Positions 9,774 to 17,990 of a stretch of DNA of 24,897 nucleotides are shown here, piece by piece. The stretch is taken from positions 1 through 24,897 of the IMG/VR virus record IMGVR_UViG_2547132278_000021. One strand, 5' to 3'. The notes beneath the pieces are model-generated. The model ran no database searches and was not told the origin of the DNA. It was given only the letters and a program-made list of their open reading frames with translations. Within the stretch, counting starts at the first letter, position 1; every line of letters starts with the position of its first letter. Origin of the DNA: a virus. Its lineage: Duplodnaviria; Heunggongvirae; Uroviricota; Caudoviricetes. Position numbers and translations under genes: made by a program.

Positions 9774-11249
9774 TTAAGCATAGGGATCGTAATCTGTAAT
9801 GGCCTTGCCTTGCTGGTTCTGCTGCCCGGGAATTCGCAGGCGCTTTGACACCGGGAAAGCAAACGTCAGCAGTAGCGCATCGCCTTTACCAGGCGAACGC
9901 CCAAGTCGTTCTTTGATATCTTCCTTCGGTTCGATAACGATTTTACCGTCCACGCGAACTTTGTACTCTGCCGCCGACAGGTCGTCTGCAGTTTCCTGGT
10001 CATCCAGCATGCCGCCTAGCCTCAGCCATGTCTTGCATGAGTTGAACATCTCCCCACGCTTGTTGAGCATCTGCGGGTCAGTAGACGCGCCACCGAACGG
10101 AACAAGTTGCCATGTACGACCCCAGCCGTCACCGATTGACTTCAAACCGGTTCCGTAACCGAAGTCGATGAACACCGCGTCAGCCTGATACTGGTCTTCA
10201 AAGTCAGCGATACGCTTCGCCATAATCAGATCGTCGGTAGTCTTGTTGCCAGTCCACAGCACCTTACTGTGCAGCCCCTGCCGCAGGTATATCACAGCGT
10301 CATCAACGCCTGAGTATGCCGGGTCAACGCCGATTATCACCGGAGCATGTGCAACCTGCGCAGCGGTTACCACCCGTTTCATTGCCTCATCAGTAAGACC
10401 GGTAGGGATAAACTGCAATTCAGATGCATCAGGGAATATGCCGCGCACACGGACCTTCACGAAGTCGCTGTCCTCGCCATGGTCTTCAATCCATTTTTGA
10501 ATCTGCTCTTTGTTCGTTCCTTCGACGGTACGGCTGTCGATCTGCTTCGTAACCCAGCGGTGTTTATATTTGCGGAAGCATTCCCTGAAACGCCCGGAGT
10601 TACGCGTAGGGTTTCCGAACGCTACCCAGATGATTTCCGTGTCTTCGTCCGTCAGCGCACCCTCGGCCACCTCCCAAACTTTATCAGCAATGTTTGACGC
10701 CTCATCGAATACCACGATGATCCGCTTACGCTCGTTGTGCAGGCCGGCGAACGCCTCGGTGTTGTGCTCAGACCACGGGATTGCGTCAGCGCGCCAGCGT
10801 TTATCGTGGCCCGGATCATTGCTGTACATGGCTGTTGCTGGGGTAGAGAACCAGTCTTTCGTGATGGACAGGTTTGCCCACTTAATCACTTCAGGCCATG
10901 TCTTGGTACGCAGCTGATTTTCGGTGTTGGCAGTGACTACTGCTTTGCAGTCTTCGCAGGTTGACATACCCCAGTTCAGGAGCATGGAAATACCCGCACT
11001 TTTCCCTATGCCGTGGCCTGAAGAAACGGCAATCATCAGCGGCTGATGACGGGTTTCTGGGTTCCTGAGGTGCTCACCAACCGTATCGAGCATCCATCTT
11101 TGCCAGTTTCTTGGTCCGGATGCATGCGCCAGCTCTGTACCCTCTTCCCCCCACGGGAACGCATAGAGGGCATAGCCAAGCGGATCGTGAGTGAACCCTG
11201 CTATATCCTCGATCAACTGCTCTTCAGGAGATAACGATGTATCTGTCAC
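9774..11249 (-). CDS. terL: Terminase large subunit (491 aa)
   Basis: N-terminus SPEEQLIEDIAGFTHDPLGYALYAFPWGE..., a Walker-A-like GHGIGKSAG and an acidic VVFDEASNI stretch, then a nuclease-sized C-terminal domain. GTG start at 11249 overlaps the terS stop (GTGA). Confidence 0.85.
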   Translation of the reverse strand: MTDTSLSPEEQLIEDIAGFTHDPLGYALYAFPWGEEGTELAHASGPRNWQRWMLDTVGEHLRNPETRHQPLMIAVSSGHGIGKSAGISMLLNWGMSTCEDCKAVVTANTENQLRTKTWPEVIKWANLSITKDWFSTPATAMYSNDPGHDKRWRADAIPWSEHNTEAFAGLHNERKRIIVVFDEASNIADKVWEVAEGALTDEDTEIIWVAFGNPTRNSGRFRECFRKYKHRWVTKQIDSRTVEGTNKEQIQKWIEDHGEDSDFVKVRVRGIFPDASELQFIPTGLTDEAMKRVVTAAQVAHAPVIIGVDPAYSGVDDAVIYLRQGLHSKVLWTGNKTTDDLIMAKRIADFEDQYQADAVFIDFGYGTGLKSIGDGWGRTWQLVPFGGASTDPQMLNKRGEMFNSCKTWLRLGGMLDDQETADDLSAAEYKVRVDGKIVIEPKEDIKERLGRSPGKGDALLLTFAFPVSKRLRIPGQQNQQGKAITDYDPYA

Positions 11250-11839
11250 TGATTACCATCCTGACGTTCTTTGAGTCGCTTCCTGGCTGCTGCTATGCGA
11301 TCAGCAATTGTCACATTCACATTAACATCCAGACGTTCTTTGAACGCGTTGACATCAACATGCTTACCAATCAGCTCAAGGTTCTTCACCTTGTCAGGCC
11401 ATTTAATTTTTTTGAGGATTGTCTCTATCGAATCCTCGTTCATGTTCATGATGGTCGATGACAGATCAAAGCCACTAAGCGTAGTGCGCCAGATTTTCGG
11501 CCACTCACGGATTGGTTTAAGGCTCCCATCGTCGTTGAGGATGTCGATCACGTCCATCTGGTCGATCTCCACCAGGCGCATGAGAACGTAATCAGCACTG
11601 ACGCGCATTCGTTTGTTGCGCTCCTCCATCAACTCGGCAATCCGTTTTTGAATGCGTTCATCGCGCATCATGACACTGGCTTTAACTGCCGCTGTATTTG
11701 GAGAGAATCCTGCGTTAATCGCTGCCTGAGTCTGGTTTTCAGGCGTTTTGATGTATGACTGGCAATAAGCCTCCTGCATTGCTGTTAGTGGCTTAAATTG
11801 CGTTGATTTGCGTTTATAGGTTTTAGGTTCAGCAGGCAT
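11246..11839 (-). CDS. terS: Terminase small subunit (Terminase_2-like), ~197 aa from the internal ATG
   Basis: Region LTAMQEAYCQSYIKTPENQTQAAINAGFSPNTAAVKASVMMRDERIQKRI has the Terminase_2 HTH pattern. Track start 11920 would place a terminator hairpin inside the coding sequence; ATG 11839 is preceded by GGTGG. Confidence 0.75.
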   Translation of the reverse strand: MPAEPKTYKRKSTQFKPLTAMQEAYCQSYIKTPENQTQAAINAGFSPNTAAVKASVMMRDERIQKRIAELMEERNKRMRVSADYVLMRLVEIDQMDVIDILNDDGSLKPIREWPKIWRTTLSGFDLSSTIMNMNEDSIETILKKIKWPDKVKNLELIGKHVDVNAFKERLDVNVNVTIADRIAAARKRLKERQDGNQ

Positions 11840-11884
11840 CATAACCACCGTGGTAATAGTTACCGTTGTGGTAATAGTACCATG

Positions 11885-11911
11885 CAAAATAAAGCCGCCA
11901 TAGTTGGCGGC
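11885..11911 (-). terminator. Intrinsic terminator hairpin upstream of terS
   Basis: Minus-strand GCCGCCA-ACTA-TGGCGGC followed by TTTATTTTG. Confidence 0.5.
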
Positions 11912-11951
11912 AGTATTCAAAACCCATCAAATTCATCATGCATAATCTACT

Positions 11952-11965
11952 CGTGACATGTCACA
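11952..11965. repeat. 14-bp element CGTGACATGTCACA, copy 2, overlapping the stop of the Cys-rich gene
   Basis: Identical to 9687-9700. Confidence 0.8.
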
Positions 11966-12299
11966 CTATTAATTTCGTTTCATGCCAGCCTTTAGTCACC
12001 CAGCATTGCGAGTCACCATTACACGGGCATGAATTAACTGGAACTCTCTCGCCGCACTTACCGCAACATTTTCTGCTGATCGATTTTATACGCCCGCGCA
12101 CGCGTGCATCATCCTGGCGGATCAGTAACGCTATATACTCACCAAATTCGTAAGGCGCACGCCCGGGGCGACGCGTGGCACAGTTACGCTCCAGCATTTC
12201 AATTTCCTGAGCATCAAGCACAATTTCCAGCTTACGCACACCAGATGCAGCTTGTCTGGCTCTCTGAGCGGCTTTGCGCTCTGCTGCTGATTTAGCCAT
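11961..12299 (-). CDS. Hypothetical Cys-rich protein (112 aa) with basic Arg/Ala-rich N-terminus
   Basis: ATG at 12299. N-terminus [24 protein letters not shown]-terminus [22 protein letters not shown] suggests metal binding. Sits immediately upstream of the palindrome, terminator and terminase genes. Confidence 0.5.
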   Translation of the reverse strand: MAKSAAERKAAQRARQAASGVRKLEIVLDAQEIEMLERNCATRRPGRAPYEFGEYIALLIRQDDARVRGRIKSISRKCCGKCGERVPVNSCPCNGDSQCWVTKGWHETKLIV

Positions 12300-12633
12300 T
12301 CTGATTTTCCTGCATCATGAGAAATACAATCATGGCGGCGCGGAGAGGTCTGGTATCAAATATTGGTCTTACGCCTTTTGCATCAACACACCATTCAGTT
12401 AACTGGTCTAAGATAGAAATCCTGTGTTTCTCAATAATCGGCCATGAGGCGCTAGGATCATTGCAGTAGTCAGGTAAATGGTTTAATGGCTCAAAAGTTG
12501 TATCAGTATTTCCGTAATACCATTTGTTGGTGTTATTCCCTGATGTTTCCGGTTTACATGCCCAAAGGCCTTTAAAAATTATGTCTCCTACCATTCTGTT
12601 AATTTCAAAATCACTTAACTGTGAATAGTCCAT
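12292..12633 (-). CDS. NinX-like (DUF2591-type) phage protein, 113 aa
   Basis: ATG 12633 overlaps the upstream TGA (ATGA) and follows AGGAGGTG. Family assignment from memory of the [13 protein letters not shown]-terminus; tentative. Confidence 0.5.
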   Translation of the reverse strand: MDYSQLSDFEINRMVGDIIFKGLWACKPETSGNNTNKWYYGNTDTTFEPLNHLPDYCNDPSASWPIIEKHRISILDQLTEWCVDAKGVRPIFDTRPLRAAMIVFLMMQENQNG

Positions 12634-13547
12634 CACTTCACCTCCTGCGGCGGTTCTGGTAGAGGCATCCAGTGGGTTACACCGCCAATTGGCTCATCGT
12701 CGTCGTACTCCAATGCGGCTATATAGAACCCGTCACGACGAGAATAAGAAATCCCGGACATTACAATGCCATCCGAAACAACAATAATGTCACCCGTTTC
12801 TTTCGGCATTCGCTCACTACAGCTTATCCAGGCATCCAGAGTTACCGGAACTTGTGGAATGGCTGTCTGCTCTCGAACGTCATTAGGCGCTATAGGTTCT
12901 GCTGCCAACTGACTGGCATATTTGTTAATGGTAACGATAAGCTCTTGCTCAGCCTCATCCAGACAATCACCGATACCTCGCCTGTCACCGTCAAAATCAT
13001 CGAAATCGGCACGAATCCTGGCAACCTTCAGGATTGCGGACAACACCTCACTAGGAATTGCCGGATAGTTGGTTGACGTTTCCGCGATTTCCCGAAAATT
13101 ATTGGTTGACGAATTCTTATTTTCCCGAAAGTTTCCGGACTGAAGCATGGCGGCGCGGCAGGCGTTCCAGCCAGCTGTTCGCCCAAGCGCGTAAACTTCA
13201 GATGGCTCAAGATAATCAATGTCATGCCCGTCCTCATCGTCGTTCTCAGGTAATGCAGCAGGTACTACCGGTACTGGCGGAGCGGCGTAGACTTCAATAA
13301 TCCCATTATCAATAGGCCATTCTCCATCCTTGAGATAGTCACTTGTGCCGTCAACTTGCTGTTCAGCAATGTGGAATGCACCAACTGGCTCTGCTGCCAG
13401 CGATGCCAATGCGATTTCCAAAACAGCAATATCCATTTTATATGTGCGGATGATGTCATGGTCGATTGTGCCTGGTATGCACAGTCTCTGTGCTTCAATA
13501 GTCTCCTCTGCGTGAGTTATTAACTGCTCTCTGGTAAAAGTGGTCAT
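12633..13547 (-). CDS. Hypothetical phage protein (304 aa) with C-terminal DUF551-like motif
   Basis: Ends ...[17 protein letters not shown], characteristic of DUF551 C-termini. Strong AAGGAG Shine-Dalgarno 6 nt before ATG 13547. Confidence 0.6.
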   Translation of the reverse strand: MTTFTREQLITHAEETIEAQRLCIPGTIDHDIIRTYKMDIAVLEIALASLAAEPVGAFHIAEQQVDGTSDYLKDGEWPIDNGIIEVYAAPPVPVVPAALPENDDEDGHDIDYLEPSEVYALGRTAGWNACRAAMLQSGNFRENKNSSTNNFREIAETSTNYPAIPSEVLSAILKVARIRADFDDFDGDRRGIGDCLDEAEQELIVTINKYASQLAAEPIAPNDVREQTAIPQVPVTLDAWISCSERMPKETGDIIVVSDGIVMSGISYSRRDGFYIAALEYDDDEPIGGVTHWMPLPEPPQEVK

Positions 13548-13557
13548 GTGTTACTCC

Positions 13558-13821
13558 TTAACCCGCAGTGCTTTCAACTGATGAGGGGAACAAAATCTTT
13601 TCATCAAACCCTGCATTCATATCATGAACAGCAACACACCAATCCACCGACGAACGATTATCAAGAGCCTCCATGATTTCATCCATGCGGCGTAGGTCAT
13701 ACAGGTAAATGTTTTTATCGCCAATGGTGTAAAAGCCAATTTTTTTCGGTGATGGACAGCGATCAATGACGTCCTGTAATTCGTTCAACCATGCCTGTTC
13801 TTTTTTTGTCAAAGTTGCCAT
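13558..13821 (-). CDS. Hypothetical protein (87 aa from internal ATG 13821)
   Basis: ATG 13821 preceded by AAGGAAAA; track start 13911 would overlap the upstream gene. Confidence 0.45.
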   Translation of the reverse strand: MATLTKKEQAWLNELQDVIDRCPSPKKIGFYTIGDKNIYLYDLRRMDEIMEALDNRSSVDWCVAVHDMNAGFDEKILFPSSVESTAG

Positions 13822-13822
13822 A

Positions 13823-14041
13823 TCAGTTTTCCTTATACGGATTAATTTTATTGTGCAGTGTGTTGAACGGGGCCCATACAACGTCGTTATACAATTCAAT
13901 AACGGGCTCAATTACTTTTCCGATTATCCAGGCCAGTAATAGCGGGGATATCGGTATCATCAACACGATAAACAGAATGAGAAACAAAAATTCTGTCGCT
14001 CTACTTTTTCGCGGATATTCTTTTCTGAATAATGTAGTCAT
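13823..14041 (-). CDS. Small membrane protein (72 aa, one predicted transmembrane helix)
   Basis: Basic N-terminus then hydrophobic FLFLILFIVLMIPISPLLLAWIIG. Locally AT-rich by eye, and preceded by a 143-bp AT-rich gap containing palindromes. Confidence 0.5.
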   Translation of the reverse strand: MTTLFRKEYPRKSRATEFLFLILFIVLMIPISPLLLAWIIGKVIEPVIELYNDVVWAPFNTLHNKINPYKEN

Positions 14042-14125
14042 TTCTTACCGCCCTTTCGGACGGTCTCCTGATGTTCTGAGGGTGCAGGAATCCCTCCGGT
14101 TAAGGATTAAATTTTATTTACAGAA

Positions 14126-14152
14126 CTGAATTTAATTATTCAGATATACGTA
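14126..14152. promoter_or_regulatory. Palindrome-rich AT-rich intergenic region upstream of the small membrane protein gene
   Basis: CTGAAT-TTAATT-ATTCAG inverted repeat (14126-14143) and ATACGTAT (14145-14152). Confidence 0.3.
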
Positions 14153-14184
14153 TCTGTAACCTTACGAACCTACTCACTGGATGC

Positions 14185-14658
14185 CTATTTCATAAAAATA
14201 ATCCAGTGGGTTTTATCGTTTTTTCCTGTTCGTTGACCGATAACAGGCTTTCTGTCGGTCAGTGCCAATATTTGGCGAACAGGTATTTGCGTTTCATTCC
14301 ATTTAAAAATCAGAACGCCGTATGGCCACAACACACGAAAGGCTTCTTTAAATCCCTGCCGCAAATCATCACGCCAGGTATCTTTATTCATCCGTCCATA
14401 TTTCTTTCTCATCCAGGCGTTATCACCAACACGTTCAAGATGCGGAGGGTCGAATACAACAACCGGAAACGATGCGTCTGCAAATGGTAATGCACGAAAA
14501 TCTGCTATCAGGTCAGGGCTAATTATCAGCCGTCGTCCATCACATAATGTGTGCTCTTCCTTTCTGATATCGCTAAATATCGCCCGGTCGTCATTCTTAT
14601 CGAACCAGAACATGCGACTGCCACAGCACATGTCGAGGATTGTTGCATGTCCAGTCAC
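14185..14658 (-). CDS. Small phage Dam-like N6-adenine DNA methyltransferase (157 aa)
   Basis: SAM-binding motif I-like ILDMCCGS near the N-terminus and catalytic DPPH (DPPY-type) motif in VVVFDPPHL. GTG start at 14658 overlaps the upstream TGA. Confidence 0.6.
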   Translation of the reverse strand: MTGHATILDMCCGSRMFWFDKNDDRAIFSDIRKEEHTLCDGRRLIISPDLIADFRALPFADASFPVVVFDPPHLERVGDNAWMRKKYGRMNKDTWRDDLRQGFKEAFRVLWPYGVLIFKWNETQIPVRQILALTDRKPVIGQRTGKNDKTHWIIFMK

Positions 14659-15188
14659 TGGTTGCCTCCTTTGCGAAGCTGGGAGGCTAACTCATCACAT
14701 ATGTGCGTCAAAGAGCAAAGTTTGATTGATGGATGTTCGCGCATCATCTCCACCCCCTGTGCCCGTACTTCAGCCAGGAAAGCGTCGGTAGCTGGAATGG
14801 GCTTTTGTGGTGATATGGCTATGAGAATTGTCTCAAGGTCTGGATCCGTTTCCGCTGTTGGTACCCTGATATAACCCATCTGCACCCCATTCATGATGAA
14901 CCTGCGACGGTCATCACATATCGCCTTTAGCCCCGCATTCTCCGCAGCCAGCACCGAAAACTTCTCGTGTGCCAACTTAACAGCCGCATCAGCCTGCTTA
15001 ATTGACTCAATCGCTTTCTGCTGGTCTTCGGCCAGCGCATTAGCACGCACCAGTTGCACTTCCAGTTGCGTTGCCAAATCGCTGATCAGCTTTGCCACAC
15101 TGCGCATATCAACGGCACCACATTCTGCTTTCAGTTCCGAAGCCATCTCATGCCCGGCGGAAACTAACCCTTTGATATTACTTTCCAT
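14655..15188 (-). CDS. Hypothetical protein (177 aa), coiled-coil N-terminal half
   Basis: ATG 15188 preceded by GAGGG; no recognisable catalytic motif. Confidence 0.5.
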   Translation of the reverse strand: MESNIKGLVSAGHEMASELKAECGAVDMRSVAKLISDLATQLEVQLVRANALAEDQQKAIESIKQADAAVKLAHEKFSVLAAENAGLKAICDDRRRFIMNGVQMGYIRVPTAETDPDLETILIAISPQKPIPATDAFLAEVRAQGVEMMREHPSIKLCSLTHICDELASQLRKGGNQ

Positions 15189-15249
15189 CTTTACCCTCGC
15201 TTATCCACATAACTTATTGATTACATTGATAACTAAAAAGATCGTCGAT

Positions 15250-15594
15250 TCAGAACTCTTCGATGTTCCAGCCACCACCTGCTTTCTTTGGTTTAACCGT
15301 TACCCCGATGATTCGGAACGGATACTGATCTGCGGCGACTTTGGTTTTCACCCTGGCGTCGTCGGTCCAGAAACCTTTCACTTCGTGTAGTTCCATCTCG
15401 CCGGTGGCGAGCATCACAGCAAAATCGGGCGTATAGAACGTGTTGTCAGCTAACCGCAGCTTGATACCCTCGAATCGATACCAGGCGATTTCCCCTGCAC
15501 GTTTACGCTGCTCAAGGTGCTGGCAATACGCAGATTCTGTTTTGTTCATCTGGCCTGTTTGGAGTCGACCAAGAGCCTGTATCTGTTTTCTCAT
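15250..15594 (-). CDS. DUF1064-like phage protein, possible PD-(D/E)XK-fold nuclease (114 aa)
   Basis: Motif YTPDF...EMELHEVKG is compatible with a D...E.K nuclease core. First gene after the internal promoter-operator cassette. Confidence 0.5.
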   Translation of the reverse strand: MRKQIQALGRLQTGQMNKTESAYCQHLEQRKRAGEIAWYRFEGIKLRLADNTFYTPDFAVMLATGEMELHEVKGFWTDDARVKTKVAADQYPFRIIGVTVKPKKAGGGWNIEEF

Positions 15595-15597
15595 GAT

Positions 15598-15674
15598 TTA
15601 CCTCTAAGGTAATTAAAAACCACATAAGACACGAAATCAATAGATCTAAGAATATTTTGTTACCTATCAGGTAA
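15598..15674 (-). promoter_or_regulatory. Internal promoter-operator cassette: operators TTACC-TCTAA-GGTAA (15598-15612) and GTTACC-TATCA-GGTAAC (15659-15675) flanking -10 TTTAAT (15612-15617) and -35 TTGATT (15635-15640)
   Basis: Two perfect dyads 62 bp apart centre to centre, the same spacing and layout as the pL-like cassette; 17-bp spacer between the hexamers. Confidence 0.6.
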
Positions 15675-15686
15675 CTATTGAGGCGT

Positions 15687-15706
15687 AAAAAAATGCGCTA
15701 TCGCGC
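15687..15706 (-). terminator. Weak terminator-like element after the P-like gene
   Basis: Minus-strand GCGC-GATA-GCGC hairpin followed by TTTTTTT; only a 4-bp stem. Confidence 0.3.
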
Positions 15707-15711
15707 TGGTA

Positions 15712-16512
15712 TTACTTGATAAATCCTGCCGCCTTTCCCCGCCTGTATTCCTCCATCAGCCACTGCGCCGGTGTTATTCCCCCAAGGGTGGCGGCGTTAG
15801 GCATGCACCCGAAACTTCGCCCTGGTGGATGGTAAACGTCTCTCCCTGTGTCCGGAGGTGTACTCATGGGCTCTGGCTTTGCCTGTATGCTGATCACCGG
15901 ATCGGGTATCTGCTGTCCGGAAGCCACCTTTTTCGCCCAATCATCGAGCAGCCTGCGCGCGTGTTTCTCAACCTCAATCTCGCTAAGCTGGCGCTGATAC
16001 ATTGCACGGCGGGTATCACATACGACCCAGTACATAACCGGATGTCGCCACGGGAATCTTTCGGGACCACCAGGATATAAACTTTTTTCCTTGCTGTACC
16101 GGTGAAACTCCGCCATCACATCGTCAATGGTGACGCCAAGAACCATCTTGCTGTCTTTGCACCACTTGATAAATTGCCCTGGCGACGGCCAGAACGGAGA
16201 TTCACTGGCGCGGGCGTGGCGCATACCAGCAGAAACCTGTTCACGGGTTCGGATCCCCCCTTCGGCAAACGCAGCAATCCACTGCTGTTTTGCAGCAACT
16301 TCCTGCTCTGGCGTCTTCAGGTTGGTTACCACTGCCGCCGGAAACAGTTGTTTCAACTGTTTGAAAAGGGCATCAACAAGCCTCTCTGCTGACATGTTCA
16401 CCACATTGTCATTGTTGACGTACTGATGCTCATAACCTGACATGCGAGAAAGGGCTTCTCCGTCACGGTTTTGTATCGCGGTAAAAACGTTGTTCACAAG
16501 AAATCCTCCCAC
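15712..16512 (-). CDS. Lambda P-like replication protein (helicase loader), 266 aa; start codon uncertain
   Basis: QWIAAFAEGGIRTREQVSAGMRHARASESPFWPSPGQFIKWCK parallels the lambda P core (QWVLAFRENGITTMEQVNAGMRVARRQNRPFLPSPGQFVAWCR, recalled from memory). Track start is a GTG overlapping the O-like gene 3' end. Confidence 0.8.
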   Translation of the reverse strand: MGGFLVNNVFTAIQNRDGEALSRMSGYEHQYVNNDNVVNMSAERLVDALFKQLKQLFPAAVVTNLKTPEQEVAAKQQWIAAFAEGGIRTREQVSAGMRHARASESPFWPSPGQFIKWCKDSKMVLGVTIDDVMAEFHRYSKEKSLYPGGPERFPWRHPVMYWVVCDTRRAMYQRQLSEIEVEKHARRLLDDWAKKVASGQQIPDPVISIQAKPEPMSTPPDTGRDVYHPPGRSFGCMPNAATLGGITPAQWLMEEYRRGKAAGFIK

Positions 16513-17357
16513 GCTTCAGGGCTGTTCCAGTGCGGAACGTTGTTATCAGGTAATGTTGATTGCTTCTGTCTGCTAATCTGCAGCCGCCTTGCCAGCTTCT
16601 GCTCCCACTGTGCCTGATGGTATGCCTTACCCTCAGCCATCCAGTAAATTCTGAACTCTGCAAGTTCCTGTGCCGTTGGCAGACTGTCCAGGTAGATTCC
16701 CTGCAATGAGCTTTTCCGAAGAAAGTCATCTGATGGCTGCCATTGTTCATGCATGACAAATTTGCCTAATTGCCCTGGCCCACCAGGAGGAACAAAGTTA
16801 TTCATCACGGCGTTGTTTGCGCCGGGGTCATGAGGCACAGAATCCCCGGTTTTTGTCCTGCTCTCCCTCTCTTGGTTAAATGACTGGTTATATGACTGGT
16901 TCTGGATCCCGTTTTTGGGATCATTCAACATCCCGTTTTTGGGATCATTCAACATCCCGTTTTTGGGATCATTCAACATCCCGTTTTTGGGATCATTCAA
17001 CATCCCGTTTTTGGGTATATTCCCGTTTTCGGGAACATTACCGTTTTCGGGTTCATTACCCCCTTCCCGGTTGCCTTTAATGTTCCCTTTTTTGGTTATA
17101 TTAAGAGAGAAAACCCGTACTCTTTTCGTCGCCCCCTTTCTCTCTCCGGTATCTGAAATAAGCCCCATTTTCATGAGCGATATAAGCCCGGCCTGCACGG
17201 TTTTTTTATTCAGGCAAGTGTCTTTAACGAGGCGTTCTATGCTGGGGTAGCAGAGGTTATATTCATCGGCTCTGTCAGCCATCGAGAGCAGTATGAGCTT
17301 TAATGACGAGCTACCTGGATCTGTCTCCCAGGCCCAATCTGTTGCATGTCTGCTCAT
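16494..17357 (-). CDS. Lambda O-like replication initiator (287 aa) with internal origin repeats
   Basis: N-terminal winged-helix-like region (LKLILLSMADRADEYNLCYPSIERLVKDTCLNKKTVQAGLISL), central PKNGMLND repeats encoded by the iterons, and a C-terminal domain. GGAGA Shine-Dalgarno before ATG 17357. Confidence 0.8.
   Translation of the reverse strand: MSRHATDWAWETDPGSSSLKLILLSMADRADEYNLCYPSIERLVKDTCLNKKTVQAGLISLMKMGLISDTGERKGATKRVRVFSLNITKKGNIKGNREGGNEPENGNVPENGNIPKNGMLNDPKNGMLNDPKNGMLNDPKNGMLNDPKNGIQNQSYNQSFNQERESRTKTGDSVPHDPGANNAVMNNFVPPGGPGQLGKFVMHEQWQPSDDFLRKSSLQGIYLDSLPTAQELAEFRIYWMAEGKAYHQAQWEQKLARRLQISRQKQSTLPDNNVPHWNSPEAWEDFL
16906..17001. repeat. Candidate replication origin iterons: four perfect 24-bp direct repeats (ATCCCGTTTTTGGGATCATTCAAC), with degenerate copies to ~17060
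   Basis: Seen directly in sequence. Each unit carries an ATCCC...GGGAT dyad. Location inside the initiator gene mirrors lambda ori. Confidence 0.75.
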
Positions 17358-17372
17358 GATTAATCTCCGCTA

Positions 17373-17573
17373 TCAGCTTGAATGTTGTGGGGAGGAATTA
17401 ATCATGATCTGCTTAATCTCTGCCCTGATGCGACGGTTTGATTCCATGGTGCACTCAACACAGTGTCCGTTGTAAACCCAGCGTTCACTGTCATGTCCGT
17501 GCTTACATGGTTTTCCGGTGTAGTAGCGTTTAAGTCCGCGCTTTGCGGCATCAATACGTGTAATGATTTCCAT
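17373..17573 (-). CDS. Hypothetical zinc-finger-like protein (66 aa from ATG 17573)
   Basis: C-x-H-G-H ... C-V-E-C arrangement (KPCKHGHDSERWVYNGHCVEC). Track start 17636 is a TTG with no Shine-Dalgarno. Confidence 0.4.
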   Translation of the reverse strand: MEIITRIDAAKRGLKRYYTGKPCKHGHDSERWVYNGHCVECTMESNRRIRAEIKQIMINSSPQHSS

Positions 17574-17652
17574 GGTAAGCCCTGTTATTAGTATTGGGAT
17601 TACGGTTATTTTGTGCTGACACAAAAAAAAGATCAACCAGATTTGGTTTTTT

Positions 17653-17667
17653 GTTACCTTTGAGGTA
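17653..17667. promoter_or_regulatory. Imperfect operator TTACC-TTTGA-GGTAC directly after the cro-distal terminator
   Basis: One mismatch from the TTACC-N5-GGTAA dyad. Confidence 0.4.
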
Positions 17668-17678
17668 CGAATAGATAT

Positions 17679-17700
17679 GAAAAGACCGCCGGATGGCGGT
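17679..17700 (-). terminator. Intrinsic terminator after the Cro/CII-like gene (tR1-like position)
   Basis: Perfect 7-bp stem GACCGCC / GGCGGTC with loop, followed on the minus strand by TTTTC. Confidence 0.5.
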
Positions 17701-17723
17701 CTACAGAGGTTTGTGGCTGGATA

Positions 17724-17954
17724 TCATGAGTAGAAGAAGTATGCCAGTTCTGCTTTTGAGCGCAGCCATTGTCTTGTTTTACAGGCTTTAAAAAGCCCAT
17801 TCATCAATACCTTACCTGGCATTTTGCGCTTACCTGTTAAGTGAGTCTGGATATAGTGACTCGTCGTTCCGGCTTCCTGTGCGAAGGCTTCACGCTCATC
17901 CGGAGTAAGTGCAAGCCAGTGCTTTTTGAAATCGAAATGTCCGTTATCGCTCAT
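17724..17954 (-). CDS. Cro/CII-like HTH regulator (76 aa), first gene of the early-right operon
   Basis: Divergent from the repressor gene. Helix-turn-helix-like stretch EAFAQEAGTTSHYIQTHLTGKRKMP; FDF...AFAQ resembles CII-type regulators of 186-like phages (from memory). Confidence 0.55.
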   Translation of the reverse strand: MSDNGHFDFKKHWLALTPDEREAFAQEAGTTSHYIQTHLTGKRKMPGKVLMNGLFKACKTRQWLRSKAELAYFFYS

Positions 17955-17990
17955 AGCTATTGCCTGATATTTATTTCAGATAATAAATAT

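Noticed and set aside
11840-11920. N-terminal extension of terS to the track start at 11920
   Set aside because: It would place the upstream terminator hairpin and direct repeats inside the coding sequence; the internal ATG has a better Shine-Dalgarno and matches where small-terminase homologs begin.
13823-14041. Small membrane protein as the phage holin
   Set aside because: No endolysin or spanin gene is adjacent or anywhere in the window, so a lysis-cassette assignment is unsupported.
16906-17060. Tandem direct repeats that could be mistaken for a CRISPR array
   Set aside because: The repeats are contiguous with no spacers, only 24 bp long, and sit inside a replication initiator gene; no cas genes are present.
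16915-17250. Plus-strand ORF encoding a repetitive peptide (GSFNIPFL repeats), and the similar ORF 16880..17080
   Set aside because: An artefact of reading the 24-bp iterons in another frame and strand; they lie wholly inside the well-supported O-like gene.
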